Positions 1 to 12,272 of a stretch of 32,000 nt of DNA are shown here, piece by piece. The translations under genes were made by a program, and so were the position numbers. This DNA is from Synechocystis sp. PCC 6803 substr. PCC-P (lineage in GTDB: Bacteria; Cyanobacteriota; Cyanobacteriia; Cyanobacteriales; Microcystaceae). Positions within the stretch are counted from its first letter, which is position 1; every line of letters begins with the position of its first letter. A model generated the notes under the pieces. The model searched no databases. It worked only from the letters and a program-made list of their open reading frames with translations, and had not been told where the DNA came from. The stretch lies in assembly GCF_000284455.1 (NCBI RefSeq), contig NC_017039.1, positions 1,440,001-1,472,000 on the forward strand. Direction: 5' to 3'.

Positions 1-29
1 CTAACCAACTAAGGCCTAGCAAGACTTTT

Positions 30-3000
30 CTAGAGGCGATCAAGCATAGTTTTCAGTTCTCCCTGCACCCTTTCGTAGCTGGCCGCTAAGGTCGGGAAAT
101 GCCCTGGGTCCATGGCCCGGGAGTCCCGTTGGCGGGTCAGATTTTCCAAAGTTTTAGCCTGTTGTGCCAGGAGTACCGCCCCTAAATTAGCACTGCTAGA
201 ACCCAATGTATGGGCGGCCGAACTCAAATTTCCCCAATCTTGATTGGCGATCGCCAGTTTGATCCGTTGCAATAGTTCCGGCGCCGTTTGGCAATAGATA
301 TCGATAATCTCCCGAAGAATTAACTGACCATTCTCTCGATCCAAGTCCCGTAGAGAACAGATTATGTCTTGGTCAATGGGGGGTAAAGTTGTGCCAGCCG
401 GATCTTCTGGGCAGGGACTAGAAGGGGATGGTTTAGCCTCAAAAGCACTAACACAGGAAACAGTAGCCATCCGATCTTGGCTGGTGGACTGGAGCGCAGT
501 GGCGGCCACTTGTAGGGCCTGTTGTAAGGCTTCTAGGCGAATGGGCTTACTGACATAATCATTCATGCCGCTGGCCAAACACCTTTCCCGATCGCCTTCC
601 ATGGAATAGGCTGTCACCGCAATGATCCAAGGCCTTTCACTCCGGCCCTGGGACCGTCGAATATGCTCCGTGGCGGTTAAACCGTCCATTTCTGGCATTT
701 CCACATCCATCAACACCACGTCATAATCACCTTTTGCCAAAGCCGATAAAGCTTCTTGACCGTTATTGACCACATCCACTGGGTACCCCAACTTTTTCAG
801 TAAAAGCTTAGCTACCTGCTGATTGATTAGGTTATCCTCCGCCAACAAAATAGTTAAATTAGAGGAGGAATAGGGAAACAAAGGCCCGCTAATTGCCTCC
901 GTAGACACCAGGGTCGGGGGCTCAGTTTGCCCCAACACGTCCACCAAGGTATTTTCAAGCTCATCGGGGTTAATGGGACTCTTGATCCAGGCTTGCACCG
1001 GTGGTTTGTCGCCGCTGTAGCGCTCCCCTGGGGATAGATAAATATCCGTGGCTACTAACACTGGAATGTCCTGTTCCGTAGGGGCCCAGGTTGTAATTTT
1101 CCCTAAGTCAAAATCGGTGAACTGCTTTCCCCGGCCCTCTGGATAGGGGCAATGGAGGATGAGGGCACCATAGTTTTTTTGAGTTAATCTGCTTTTGAGA
1201 TCTTCCCCTAGTTTAGCGGGGGAGGAAAAGGTAATTTGCTCCGCTTGGAGACGCCAACTGGCCAAAAGATTTCGCATTCTGGTGCCCCGGCCCTCATCGT
1301 AATCTGCCACTAACACTGATCGCCCAATGAAGAGGGAGTGGCGCAAATTATGGACAGAATAGGCACAACTGGGCAGCACCGTTAAATTGACTGTGAAATA
1401 GAAAGTCGAACCCTCGATCGTCGGTTGCCCTATCTGCCAAAGTTCAGGGGGATTTCCCACCACACAGCCATTACTTTCAGCCCAGATGGTGCCCCCCATC
1501 AAAGCAGTCAACCGCACACAAATGGCCAAGCCTAACCCAGTGCCGCCAAAGCGACGGGTAATGGAAGAATTGCCCTGGCTAAAGGCCTGGAACAAAGCCT
1601 GTTGTTGGTTAGGAGCAATGCCAATGCCCGTATCCTGCACCGCAAAACAGATTTGATATTCCCCCTTAGCTGCGTCGTGGTCCACCACTTCCACCGTCAC
1701 CTTGACCTGTCCTGCCTCGGTGAATTTGACCGCATTGCTGAGGAGATTAACCAAAATTTGCCTGAGGCGAGTCACATCCCCCTGGAGGTTGGGGGGAATG
1801 GGGGTGAGAAAACGTCGGATCAGAGTGAGGGATTTTTGCCGGGCGCTCGGCACCACCACGTCCAAGGCTTCCTCCAGGCATTGCCCCAAATCAAAGGGAT
1901 ACACTTCCAGGTCTAATTTGCCGGCCTCAATCTTGGAAAAATCTAAAATATCGTTAATTAAGGTGAGCAGGGTTTCCCCGCTGTTGCGGATGGTTTGGGC
2001 GAAATATTTTTGTTGAGTGGTTAGGTCCGTGTCTAGTAATAATCCGGTCATGCCGATGATGGCATTCATGGGGGTGCGAATTTCGTGGCTCATGGTGGCC
2101 AAAAATTCACTTTTAGACCGATTAGCTGCCTCCGCCGCCGTGGTGGCCGCCACCAATTCCTGATTTTGTTCGGCCAATTGTTGCCGCATGCGCCGTTCCA
2201 TTTCCAGGGACTGTCCCTGAATCATTTCCACCTGTTTACGTTGGCTGATGTCCCGGTAAAGCCAAAAATGACCCTGGGAGCTATCCCCCAACATGATCGG
2301 CACATAATCTCGCTCAAAAAAGCGCCCATCCTCTAGGGCAAGTTCCACTTTTAGCAGGGGTTCCGGGGACTCGATCGCCAAAAAGTTGTGGGTTACCCCC
2401 TGGCCATGGGATATCAAGCCATTAATGCGGGGGGCGATCGCCGTTAAATTTTTGCCCAGCAGAAGGTCGGCGGGAAAACCCAGATTAAACAGCCGGGCAA
2501 ATTCGGGATTGACCACCACAATGGTGCCCTGGGCGTCGGTCATCAACACCCCTGCTTGCATATTTTGCACCAGGATACCCAGGCGGGTGGAAGTACAGGC
2601 CAGGGCTTCGGCGGTCCTGGCCTGTTCCAGGAGAGTGTGGTGTAGATTATCCCTGGTTTGTTTCAGTTCCAGGTGGGTTTTTACCCTAGCCAACAGTTCC
2701 GGCGGGCTAAAGGGTTTGGTGACATAGTCCACTGCCCCCTTGGCAAAGGCTTGCAGCAAATCTTGTTTTTCGTTGCTAGCAGTGAGAAAAATTACCGGAA
2801 TATCCCTGGTTTGGGGATCTTGTTTAAGGCGATCGCACACCTCCAGCCCATCCATGCCGGGCATCATCAAATCCAGCAGAATGAGATCCGGTTGGGCCTG
2901 GGTCACCCGTTGCAAAGCTTCCGGCCCGGAGGTCACAAAAGTAGTGCTGTAACCTTCCCCTTCCAACAGTTCCGAAATCACATAAATATTCTCTTTTACG

Positions 3001-3074
3001 TCATCCACCACCAGAATGAGAAAACTCTCCGGCTCAAAAGTAGCAATGGGTGGGTGGGGCTGGGATGGGGACAT
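30..3074 (-). CDS. Hybrid two-component sensor histidine kinase (REC-PAS-HisKA-HATPase-REC-HPt)
   Basis: The ORF contains an N-terminal receiver ([13 protein letters not shown]...[15 protein letters not shown]), a PAS-like region, an H-box ([20 protein letters not shown]), an N/G-box ([27 protein letters not shown]), a second receiver ([14 protein letters not shown]...[14 protein letters not shown]) and a C-terminal HPt-like AAHTLGSSS motif. The track start (3251) overlaps the divergent + gene. ATG at 3074 (MSPSQPHPP) is the more likely start. Confidence 0.93.
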   Translation of the reverse strand: MSPSQPHPPIATFEPESFLILVVDDVKENIYVISELLEGEGYSTTFVTSGPEALQRVTQAQPDLILLDLMMPGMDGLEVCDRLKQDPQTRDIPVIFLTASNEKQDLLQAFAKGAVDYVTKPFSPPELLARVKTHLELKQTRDNLHHTLLEQARTAEALACTSTRLGILVQNMQAGVLMTDAQGTIVVVNPEFARLFNLGFPADLLLGKNLTAIAPRINGLISHGQGVTHNFLAIESPEPLLKVELALEDGRFFERDYVPIMLGDSSQGHFWLYRDISQRKQVEMIQGQSLEMERRMRQQLAEQNQELVAATTAAEAANRSKSEFLATMSHEIRTPMNAIIGMTGLLLDTDLTTQQKYFAQTIRNSGETLLTLINDILDFSKIEAGKLDLEVYPFDLGQCLEEALDVVVPSARQKSLTLIRRFLTPIPPNLQGDVTRLRQILVNLLSNAVKFTEAGQVKVTVEVVDHDAAKGEYQICFAVQDTGIGIAPNQQQALFQAFSQGNSSITRRFGGTGLGLAICVRLTALMGGTIWAESNGCVVGNPPELWQIGQPTIEGSTFYFTVNLTVLPSCAYSVHNLRHSLFIGRSVLVADYDEGRGTRMRNLLASWRLQAEQITFSSPAKLGEDLKSRLTQKNYGALILHCPYPEGRGKQFTDFDLGKITTWAPTEQDIPVLVATDIYLSPGERYSGDKPPVQAWIKSPINPDELENTLVDVLGQTEPPTLVSTEAISGPLFPYSSSNLTILLAEDNLINQQVAKLLLKKLGYPVDVVNNGQEALSALAKGDYDVVLMDVEMPEMDGLTATEHIRRSQGRSERPWIIAVTAYSMEGDRERCLASGMNDYVSKPIRLEALQQALQVAATALQSTSQDRMATVSCVSAFEAKPSPSSPCPEDPAGTTLPPIDQDIICSLRDLDRENGQLILREIIDIYCQTAPELLQRIKLAIANQDWGNLSSAAHTLGSSSANLGAVLLAQQAKTLENLTRQRDSRAMDPGHFPTLAASYERVQGELKTMLDRL

Positions 3075-3142
3075 TACAAATTGGCCCGTTGGTGTTTTGA
3101 TGATGTTTTGACTGTGTTGATGAGGAGCCAACTGAGGAAAGG

Positions 3143-4420
3143 ATGGAAGAGTTTGCAGTGGTGATAATTGGGGCGGGGCCGGCCGGGGGCCAATGTGCCC
3201 GACAGTTGGCCCAACAAGGTGTCCGAGTCCTGCTAGTGGAGCAACATTCAAATTTTAGCCAAAATAATTACTCCAGCGCGGCTAGTCCTTTGGAAACCAT
3301 GGCATTGTTCGATCTGCCCCCGGGGGTGGTGGCCCGTTATTGGCGCAATTTGGCGATCGCCGCCACGGAAAAGGAACAAATATGGTACAGCGATCAACCC
3401 CGGGGTGTGGTGTTCGATTTTGCTAAATTGCGACAATTTTTAGCGGATACGGTCACGAAAGCAGGGGGGCAAGTGTGGTTGGGGCACCGCTTTTGGGGTT
3501 ACCAGCAAGTTGGTGATGGTTTGGAGGTTACCCTGCGGCGATCTAGTAAAAATTCCCTAAGTAGTGACTCAGTGGAGAAAGTCGAAAAAGTTACAGTAAA
3601 AACTCAGGTACTCATTGATGCAACGGGGTCAAAACGGGCAGTGATTAATTGTGGGCAACCCAAAGCGACGGATAACAACCAATATTATCGGGGCATTGGT
3701 ACGGAATATTTGATTACAGTAGATGAAACCACCCACCAACGTTTTGCGGATACCCTAGTTTTTTTCCTCGGTTACCGTTGGAGTCCCCAGGGTTATTCCT
3801 GGATTTTTCCCATGGATAATCACCAGTTAAAGGTAGGGACAGCAATTTTTGCCGGGCAACACCGTTATTTGGGCGAATTGAAGCCGCTCCGTTCCTACAC
3901 TGAAGCTATTATCCGGGATTATTTAAAACTGGAAAAATCCCAATACCATCTGGAGGAAATTCACGGCTCTGTGCTGGACTATGCCGTTAACCAGGGGGAT
4001 ACATACCATCGGGGCTCCGTGCTGGCGATCGGTGATGCGGTATCAACGGTGAACTTTTTAGGGGGGGAAGGCATCCGCCATGGTATGCAGGGAGCCAATA
4101 TTGCCGTTCCTTTTGTGGCGGATTATCTCCGGGGTCATGTACAAGCTTTTGAAAAATATGAACAGGCCATGAAAGCCCATTTTGCTGAACCCTGGCAACG
4201 GACAGAAAAATTAAGCCAACGGGTTTACCTCGAATTCGGCGATCGCCAGATTGATTTGGGGGTGACCTACTTGAGTTACCTCCGCTATGATGACGTGCTG
4301 GATCTCCTTTTCCATTACCGATTTGATAGGATCTATGGGGGCATTACTCCCCTGTTGCTCAAAAAAGTTGCCCAATTTAGCCAGCAGTGCCGCCAATGGC
4401 TCAGAAAACTCTCACCATGA
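3143..4420 (+). CDS. FAD-dependent oxidoreductase, geranylgeranyl reductase family
   Basis: N-terminal dinucleotide-binding motif VVIIGAGPAGGQCARQLAQQGVRVLLVEQ, plus the conserved ...VLAIGDAVSTVNFLGGEGIRHGMQGA block typical of the GGR/FixC-like family. Confidence 0.85.
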   Translation: MEEFAVVIIGAGPAGGQCARQLAQQGVRVLLVEQHSNFSQNNYSSAASPLETMALFDLPPGVVARYWRNLAIAATEKEQIWYSDQPRGVVFDFAKLRQFLADTVTKAGGQVWLGHRFWGYQQVGDGLEVTLRRSSKNSLSSDSVEKVEKVTVKTQVLIDATGSKRAVINCGQPKATDNNQYYRGIGTEYLITVDETTHQRFADTLVFFLGYRWSPQGYSWIFPMDNHQLKVGTAIFAGQHRYLGELKPLRSYTEAIIRDYLKLEKSQYHLEEIHGSVLDYAVNQGDTYHRGSVLAIGDAVSTVNFLGGEGIRHGMQGANIAVPFVADYLRGHVQAFEKYEQAMKAHFAEPWQRTEKLSQRVYLEFGDRQIDLGVTYLSYLRYDDVLDLLFHYRFDRIYGGITPLLLKKVAQFSQQCRQWLRKLSP

Positions 4421-4452
4421 TTAGAGCCAATAAAACCAATTATCCCTAAACG

Positions 4453-4863
4453 ATGAAGGTTAAAGTAATCCTCAAAATCTTAGAACGGGATGGTTGGTAC
4501 GTAGCTCGAATACGGGGAAGTCATCGGCAATTGAAGCACCCCCACAAGGCAGGTTTGGTAACTGTACTGGGCAAACCCAGTGACGAATTAGCCCCTGGGA
4601 CACTAGCCAGTATTCTCAAGCAATCTTCTCAAGCAATCAGGTATTACTTTATGAAGTATTTAGTCATCATTGAAACGACAACAACGGGATTTTCCGCCTA
4701 TTCTCCCGATTTACCAGGATGTGTGGCAACAGGAAAAACGAAGCAAGAAGTTGAACAAAATATGTCGGAGGCGATCGCCTTTCACTTGGAGGGAATGCGT
4801 TTAGAAGGATTAACTATCCCAGAGCCAACTTCCTTTTCTGCCTACGTAACAGTTGCGGCTTAA
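4453..4863 (+). CDS. HicA-like toxin and HicB-like antitoxin fused in one reading frame
   Basis: The N-terminal ~58 aa match the HicA pattern (ILERDGWYVARIRGSHRQLKHPHKAGLVTVLGK...LAPGTLASILKQS). From M67 (ATG at 4651) the sequence matches HicB (MKYLVIIETTTTGFSAYSPDLPGCVATGKTKQEVEQNMSEAIAFHLEGMRLEGLTIPEP). Confidence 0.85.
   Translation: MKVKVILKILERDGWYVARIRGSHRQLKHPHKAGLVTVLGKPSDELAPGTLASILKQSSQAIRYYFMKYLVIIETTTTGFSAYSPDLPGCVATGKTKQEVEQNMSEAIAFHLEGMRLEGLTIPEPTSFSAYVTVAA
4613..4638. repeat. Perfect 13-bp tandem duplication (ttctcaagcaatc x2) at the HicA/HicB junction
   Basis: 4613-4625 ttctcaagcaatc is followed immediately by 4626-4638 ttctcaagcaatc. Confidence 0.97.
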
Positions 4864-4895
4864 TTTTCCCCTCTTCACACCAAAATCATTCCCTG

Positions 4896-5867
4896 TTGTC
4901 AATGGCTCAAAAATCTTCGTCGTTTTTTCCCTATTTAATTGCCGGACTTTGCGCCCTGTTGGGGGCCTGTAGCGGCAACCAAGCATTGCAGGATCGTTTT
5001 GCCGCCAATCCTTCCCTGGGTAGTTCCCCCAGTCCCACCACCACTGTTTCCCCCACTCCGACCCCAGAAACTACGGAGCCGGATACCCCCACCACACCGG
5101 AACCTACCCCCACGGCCACCTTTTCCACTGGCACTTTTAGCGATCTAGACAAAGTAGGCGATCGCCAAAGGGAAGAAATTGAGGATTTAGCTCAACTAGA
5201 CATTGTGCAAGCCAAAACAAGTCAGGAATTTGCGCCCCAAAGTAACATCAGTCGGGGAGAATTTGCCCGTTGGTTATTTCAGGCCAATAACGTCTTTTTT
5301 GCTAACCAGCCCAGTAAACAAATCCGCCCCGCTCCCAGTAACGCCACCCCTCTTTTCACCGACGTTCCCCCCACCCATCCCGACTTTGCTCAAATTCAAG
5401 GTTTAGCCGACGCCGGCTTAATCCCCTCTAGCCTCACCAACGACCCCACTGCTAGTCAGTTTCGCCCCGATGCGCCCCTAACCAGGGAAGATTTAGTCCG
5501 TTGGAAAGTGCCCCTAGATCAACGCCGAGCCCTGCCCAATGCGAGCCTGGAAAATATCAAAGAAACCTGGGGTTTTCAGGACGCGGCCAAAATCAATCCC
5601 AACATTTGGCCCGCCCTAGCCGCCGACTTCCAAAACGGCGATCAAGCCAACCTGAAAAGAGTGTTTGGTTACATCACTATCTTTCAACCCCAGCGTCCCG
5701 TAACTAGGGGAGAAGCGGCCTCTGCCCTCTGGTTTTTAGGAGTCCAAACCGACGGCTTAAGTGCGAAAGATGTAATCAATGCTCCCGCATCCCCATCCCC
5801 CGGAGTTGAGCCCACTGTTACTCCAGATACTGTTAATCCGGATACTCAAGGTAATTCACCTAATTAA
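4896..5867 (+). CDS. SLH-domain-like secreted lipoprotein
   Basis: Lipobox-like signal (YLIAGLCALLGAC), a Pro/Thr-rich linker, and SLH-like segments (ISRGEFARWLF..., LTREDLVRWKV..., VTRGEAASALWFLG). ATG at 4902 is an alternative start. It lies upstream of cphB, matching the position of slr2000 in Synechocystis 6803. Confidence 0.78.
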   Translation: MSMAQKSSSFFPYLIAGLCALLGACSGNQALQDRFAANPSLGSSPSPTTTVSPTPTPETTEPDTPTTPEPTPTATFSTGTFSDLDKVGDRQREEIEDLAQLDIVQAKTSQEFAPQSNISRGEFARWLFQANNVFFANQPSKQIRPAPSNATPLFTDVPPTHPDFAQIQGLADAGLIPSSLTNDPTASQFRPDAPLTREDLVRWKVPLDQRRALPNASLENIKETWGFQDAAKINPNIWPALAADFQNGDQANLKRVFGYITIFQPQRPVTRGEAASALWFLGVQTDGLSAKDVINAPASPSPGVEPTVTPDTVNPDTQGNSPN

Positions 5868-6124
5868 TTAAGAGCTAAAATCGCTCACACTGGTTAATTG
5901 AACTTAAATTTGACTAAATTTAACTAGCTTTGACCATGGCAGTAACCATGGGTTAAACCTATCCAACTAATAATTGTAATTTCGTCGGGGCATTCAACGC
6001 CGATTAAGTCGCCCCAATAGTTGTCAAACTGCCCACAAAAACTCTTGGCATGGACTTTTTTTCTTTGTCCGGTCAAGATAATATTAGTCTGCTGATCAGA
6101 GAACTGAACCCCTAAGAGTTGACA

Positions 6125-6940
6125 ATGCCCCTATCCTCCCAACCGGCCATCTTAATTATTGGTGGTGCAGAAGATAAAGTTCACGGCCGTGAAATTTTGC
6201 AAACCTTTTGGTCGCGTTCCGGTGGCAACGACGCCATTATTGGCATCATTCCATCTGCATCTCGGGAGCCCCTACTGATTGGGGAGAGATATCAAACCAT
6301 CTTTAGCGACATGGGGGTCAAGGAGTTAAAAGTCTTGGACATCCGTGACCGTGCCCAGGGGGATGACAGTGGCTACCGATTGTTTGTGGAACAGTGTACA
6401 GGTATTTTCATGACCGGGGGGGATCAATTGCGTCTCTGTGGCCTGTTGGCGGACACTCCCCTAATGGACCGCATTCGTCAGCGGGTACATAACGGGGAAA
6501 TAAGCTTAGCGGGCACCAGTGCGGGGGCGGCAGTAATGGGGCATCACATGATCGCCGGGGGCAGTAGCGGTGAATGGCCCAATCGAGCGCTGGTGGATAT
6601 GGCGGTGGGGCTGGGCATTGTGCCGGAAATTGTGGTGGATCAGCACTTTCACAATCGTAATCGCATGGCCCGGCTGTTGAGTGCCATCTCTACCCATCCT
6701 GAGCTGCTGGGTTTGGGTATTGATGAAGATACCTGCGCCATGTTTGAGCGGGACGGTTCCGTTAAGGTAATTGGCCAAGGCACAGTCTCCTTTGTCGATG
6801 CCAGGGACATGAGCTACACTAACGCCGCTTTGGTGGGGGCCAATGCCCCATTGAGTCTCCATAATTTGCGGCTCAATATCCTTGTCCATGGGGAGGTTTA
6901 TCATCAGGTAAAACAGCGGGCCTTTCCCCGGGTAACCTAG
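6125..6940 (+). CDS. cphB: Cyanophycinase
   Basis: Protein MPLSSQPAILIIGGAEDKVHGREIL... with the serine hydrolase nucleophile motif GTSAGAAVMG. It is adjacent to cphA. The track start at 6119 is a TTG; ATG at 6125 is preferred. Confidence 0.96.
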   Translation: MPLSSQPAILIIGGAEDKVHGREILQTFWSRSGGNDAIIGIIPSASREPLLIGERYQTIFSDMGVKELKVLDIRDRAQGDDSGYRLFVEQCTGIFMTGGDQLRLCGLLADTPLMDRIRQRVHNGEISLAGTSAGAAVMGHHMIAGGSSGEWPNRALVDMAVGLGIVPEIVVDQHFHNRNRMARLLSAISTHPELLGLGIDEDTCAMFERDGSVKVIGQGTVSFVDARDMSYTNAALVGANAPLSLHNLRLNILVHGEVYHQVKQRAFPRVT

Positions 6941-7087
6941 CCATGACCCAAGGCAGGTAAGGTTCCCTGACCCTGGGGGCTGACTCGGATCAATTGTTCA
7001 CAGCGAACAGTTTCAGTCAGAGGCCTAGCTTGAGAATGATAGTCGGCGTGTTGCGCTTCTTGCATTGGTTCTTGACTGACACAGATC

Positions 7088-9709
7088 ATGAAAATTCTTA
7101 AAACCCTTACCCTCCGCGGCCCTAACTACTGGAGCATTCGACGCAAGAAGTTAATTGTAATGCGCCTCGACCTGGAGGATTTGGCGGAGCGACCCTCCAA
7201 CAGTATTCCTGGTTTTTATGAAGGGTTGATCAGGGTGTTGCCTTCTCTTGTAGAACATTTTTGCTCCCCAGGACACCGGGGCGGCTTTTTGGCAAGGGTG
7301 CGGGAGGGAACCTATATGGGCCATATAGTCGAGCATGTGGCCCTGGAATTACAGGAGTTGGTGGGGATGACGGCGGGGTTTGGTCGCACCAGAGAAACCT
7401 CCACCCCAGGCATTTATAACGTTGTTTATGAATACGTAGATGAACAGGCAGGACGTTACGCTGGCCGAGCCGCGGTGCGCTTGTGTCGTTCCTTGGTGGA
7501 TACGGGGGATTATTCCCTGACAGAATTGGAAAAGGATCTGGAAGATTTACGGGATTTGGGCGCTAACTCAGCCCTGGGGCCCAGCACAGAAACCATTGTC
7601 ACTGAAGCCGATGCCCGTAAAATTCCCTGGATGCTGCTCAGTGCCAGGGCCATGGTGCAATTGGGTTATGGGGTTCACCAACAGAGAATTCAGGCCACCC
7701 TTAGTTCCCATTCCGGCATTCTGGGGGTTGAACTGGCCTGTGATAAGGAAGGTACAAAAACCATTCTCCAAGATGCGGGCATTCCCGTTCCCCGGGGCAC
7801 CACTATCCAATATTTTGATGATTTGGAAGAAGCCATCAATGATGTCGGGGGTTATCCAGTGGTAATTAAACCCCTGGACGGTAACCATGGTCGGGGGATC
7901 ACCATCAATGTGCGCCATTGGGAAGAGGCGATCGCCGCCTATGATCTGGCCGCTGAGGAGTCCAAAAGTCGTTCCATTATTGTGGAGCGTTACTACGAGG
8001 GCAGTGACCACCGGGTCTTGGTAGTCAATGGCAAGCTAGTGGCGGTGGCGGAAAGAATTCCAGCCCATGTAACCGGGGATGGCACTTCCACCATCACTGA
8101 ATTAATTGATAAAACTAATCAGGATCCCAATCGCGGCGATGGCCATGCCAACATCCTCACTAAAATCGTGGTCAATAAAACGGCGATCGATGTGATGGAA
8201 CGCCAGGGTTATAACCTAGACAGTGTTTTACCTAAGGATGAAGTGGTTTACCTGCGGGCCACCGCTAACCTCAGCACGGGAGGCATAGCCATTGACCGCA
8301 CCGATGATATTCACCCGGAAAATATCTGGTTGATGGAAAGGGTAGCCAAGGTCATTGGCTTGGACATTGCCGGCATTGACGTGGTGACCTCCGACATCAG
8401 CAAGCCCCTACGGGAAACCAACGGAGTAATTGTGGAAGTTAACGCCGCTCCAGGTTTTCGTATGCATGTGGCCCCCAGCCAGGGTCTGCCCCGTAACGTG
8501 GCCGCACCAGTATTGGATATGCTCTTTCCCTCCGGTACCCCCAGCCGCATTCCCATTTTGGCCGTGACGGGGACTAATGGTAAAACCACCACCACCCGCC
8601 TCTTGGCTCACATTTATCGGCAAACGGGCAAAACGGTGGGTTACACCAGCACCGATGCCATTTATATCAACGAATACTGCGTGGAAAAAGGCGATAATAC
8701 GGGGCCCCAGAGTGCCGCAGTAATTTTGCGGGATCCTACGGTGGAGGTGGCAGTGTTAGAAACGGCCCGGGGAGGCATTTTACGGGCAGGTCTTGCTTTT
8801 GATACCTGTGACGTGGGGGTAGTGCTCAACGTGGCGGCGGATCACCTCGGTTTGGGAGACATCGACACCATCGAACAAATGGCCAAAGTTAAGTCCGTCA
8901 TTGCAGAGGTGGTGGACCCCAGTGGTTATGCGGTGCTCAATGCGGATGATCCTTTAGTAGCGGCTATGGCAGACAAAGTGAAAGCCAAAGTGGCCTATTT
9001 CTCCATGAACCCCGATAATCCTGTTATCCAAAACCACATACGGCGGAATGGCATTGCGGCGGTGTATGAGTCTGGTTATGTGTCCATTTTGGAAGGCTCT
9101 TGGACTCTGCGGGTGGAAGAGGCCACATTGATTCCCATGACCATGGGGGGGATGGCACCGTTTATGATTGCCAATGCCCTGGCAGCCTGTCTGGCGGCTT
9201 TTGTTAATGGCTTAGATGTTGAAGTTATTCGCCAAGGAGTAAGGACTTTCACCACCTCAGCGGAACAGACCCCTGGAAGGATGAATTTGTTCAATCTGGG
9301 TCGGTACCATGCACTGGTGGATTACGCCCATAACCCGGCGGGCTATCGGGCCGTGGGGGATTTTGTCAAAAACTGGCACGGTCAACGCTTTGGTGTGGTG
9401 GGAGGCCCTGGCGATCGCCGAGATAGTGATCTAATTGAACTGGGACAAATTGCGGCCCAGGTATTTGACCGGATCATTGTCAAAGAAGATGATGATAAAC
9501 GGGGCCGGAGTGGGGGAGAAACAGCGGATTTAATTGTTAAAGGCATTTTGCAGGAGAATCCCGGCGCGGCCTATGAGGTAATTTTGGACGAAACTGTAGC
9601 GTTGAATAAGGCTTTAGATCAGGTAGAGGAAAAGGGTTTGGTGGTAGTGTTCCCCGAAAGTGTGAGCAAAGCCATTGAGTTAATTAAAGCCCGTAAACCC
9701 ATTGGTTAA
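7088..9709 (+). CDS. cphA: Cyanophycin synthetase
   Basis: 873 aa, starting MKILKTLTLRGPNYWSIRRKKLIVMRLDLE. It has an ATP-grasp domain (VIKPLDGNHGRG...), a Mur-ligase P-loop (VTGTNGKTTTTRLLAHI) and the motif YAHNPAGYRAV. Confidence 0.98.
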   Translation: MKILKTLTLRGPNYWSIRRKKLIVMRLDLEDLAERPSNSIPGFYEGLIRVLPSLVEHFCSPGHRGGFLARVREGTYMGHIVEHVALELQELVGMTAGFGRTRETSTPGIYNVVYEYVDEQAGRYAGRAAVRLCRSLVDTGDYSLTELEKDLEDLRDLGANSALGPSTETIVTEADARKIPWMLLSARAMVQLGYGVHQQRIQATLSSHSGILGVELACDKEGTKTILQDAGIPVPRGTTIQYFDDLEEAINDVGGYPVVIKPLDGNHGRGITINVRHWEEAIAAYDLAAEESKSRSIIVERYYEGSDHRVLVVNGKLVAVAERIPAHVTGDGTSTITELIDKTNQDPNRGDGHANILTKIVVNKTAIDVMERQGYNLDSVLPKDEVVYLRATANLSTGGIAIDRTDDIHPENIWLMERVAKVIGLDIAGIDVVTSDISKPLRETNGVIVEVNAAPGFRMHVAPSQGLPRNVAAPVLDMLFPSGTPSRIPILAVTGTNGKTTTTRLLAHIYRQTGKTVGYTSTDAIYINEYCVEKGDNTGPQSAAVILRDPTVEVAVLETARGGILRAGLAFDTCDVGVVLNVAADHLGLGDIDTIEQMAKVKSVIAEVVDPSGYAVLNADDPLVAAMADKVKAKVAYFSMNPDNPVIQNHIRRNGIAAVYESGYVSILEGSWTLRVEEATLIPMTMGGMAPFMIANALAACLAAFVNGLDVEVIRQGVRTFTTSAEQTPGRMNLFNLGRYHALVDYAHNPAGYRAVGDFVKNWHGQRFGVVGGPGDRRDSDLIELGQIAAQVFDRIIVKEDDDKRGRSGGETADLIVKGILQENPGAAYEVILDETVALNKALDQVEEKGLVVVFPESVSKAIELIKARKPIG

Positions 9710-9741
9710 AGGTTTTCTTCCCCCTTGCTGGAGTCATTGCT

Positions 9742-11612
<1,871 letters not shown>

Positions 11613-11899
11613 CTATAGCAAAAAGTGAGTTATTCGAGACACTTTCAACTTCAAAACGTTTATTCCGAGAAGGTTTCAGTGACTGTTGGTTCTAACCGTC
11701 TCGATCTTCGCTATAGTTTCTAATTCAACCAAAATGATCGGAGTGGTTCTAGGACAGCGTTCACATCTTTAATTCTAACTATTAGTATGATCAAAAAATC
11801 AGCCAAGTAATGAAATCGGGCTCTTTTCGCGAAATTGTATTATTTTTACGACTGGTAGGTTTTGATGTAAGGTGAAGCGAAAGCATCGGTAGCAACAAT

Positions 11900-12190
11900 A
11901 TGAAGCAAATTATTCCCGCACTGATTACTTTATCTTTTTCTCCAATGGCGATCGCCGCTTTGCCCCCTCAATATCAGAACGTCAAAGATTTGGAGGCAAT
12001 GGTCAACTATGTTAAAGAGAATCCTGACGTGGCGGCAACGTTGAAATCCATAGACCTAGAAAATCAAACCATCAACTACGGTCAAGACTGTCAGGTAACG
12101 TTTGAGCGAAAACCTTCCCCCAAGCCCCTTGGCTGGGCTGGCCCCGCCGAACTGCTTCAATTCAAAGCCATTAATTGTCCAAGGGAATAA
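11900..12190 (+). CDS. Small predicted secreted protein, unknown function
   Basis: 96 aa. N-terminal signal-like MKQIIPALITLSFSPMAIAALPP. No family recognised. Confidence 0.6.
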   Translation: MKQIIPALITLSFSPMAIAALPPQYQNVKDLEAMVNYVKENPDVAATLKSIDLENQTINYGQDCQVTFERKPSPKPLGWAGPAELLQFKAINCPRE

Positions 12191-12272
12191 TTCATTGCCA
12201 AACGGCGATCGCCCGTAAAATTTGGATATATTTTACCTAAGCACTCCACAAGTATTTATGCACCAAATATCA

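Noticed and set aside
1602-3164. Several 80-168 aa ORFs antisense to the hybrid kinase gene
   Set aside because: They sit entirely inside a long high-confidence coding region in shadow frames, and their sequences show no recognisable domain.
3075-3251. N-terminal extension of the kinase ORF (MNVAPLAGLG...)
   Set aside because: It overlaps the start of the divergent flavoprotein gene and has a Pro-rich shadow-frame composition. ATG 3074 fits better.
7001-7010. tgttc-acagc-gaaca inverted repeat upstream of cphA as a regulator site
   Set aside because: Only 5-bp arms and no match to the NtcA consensus GTA-N8-TAC. Could easily be chance.
7151-9294. ORFs antisense to cphA (for example 7568..8011, 8311..8595)
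   Set aside because: Shadow ORFs of a conserved gene with no supporting motif.
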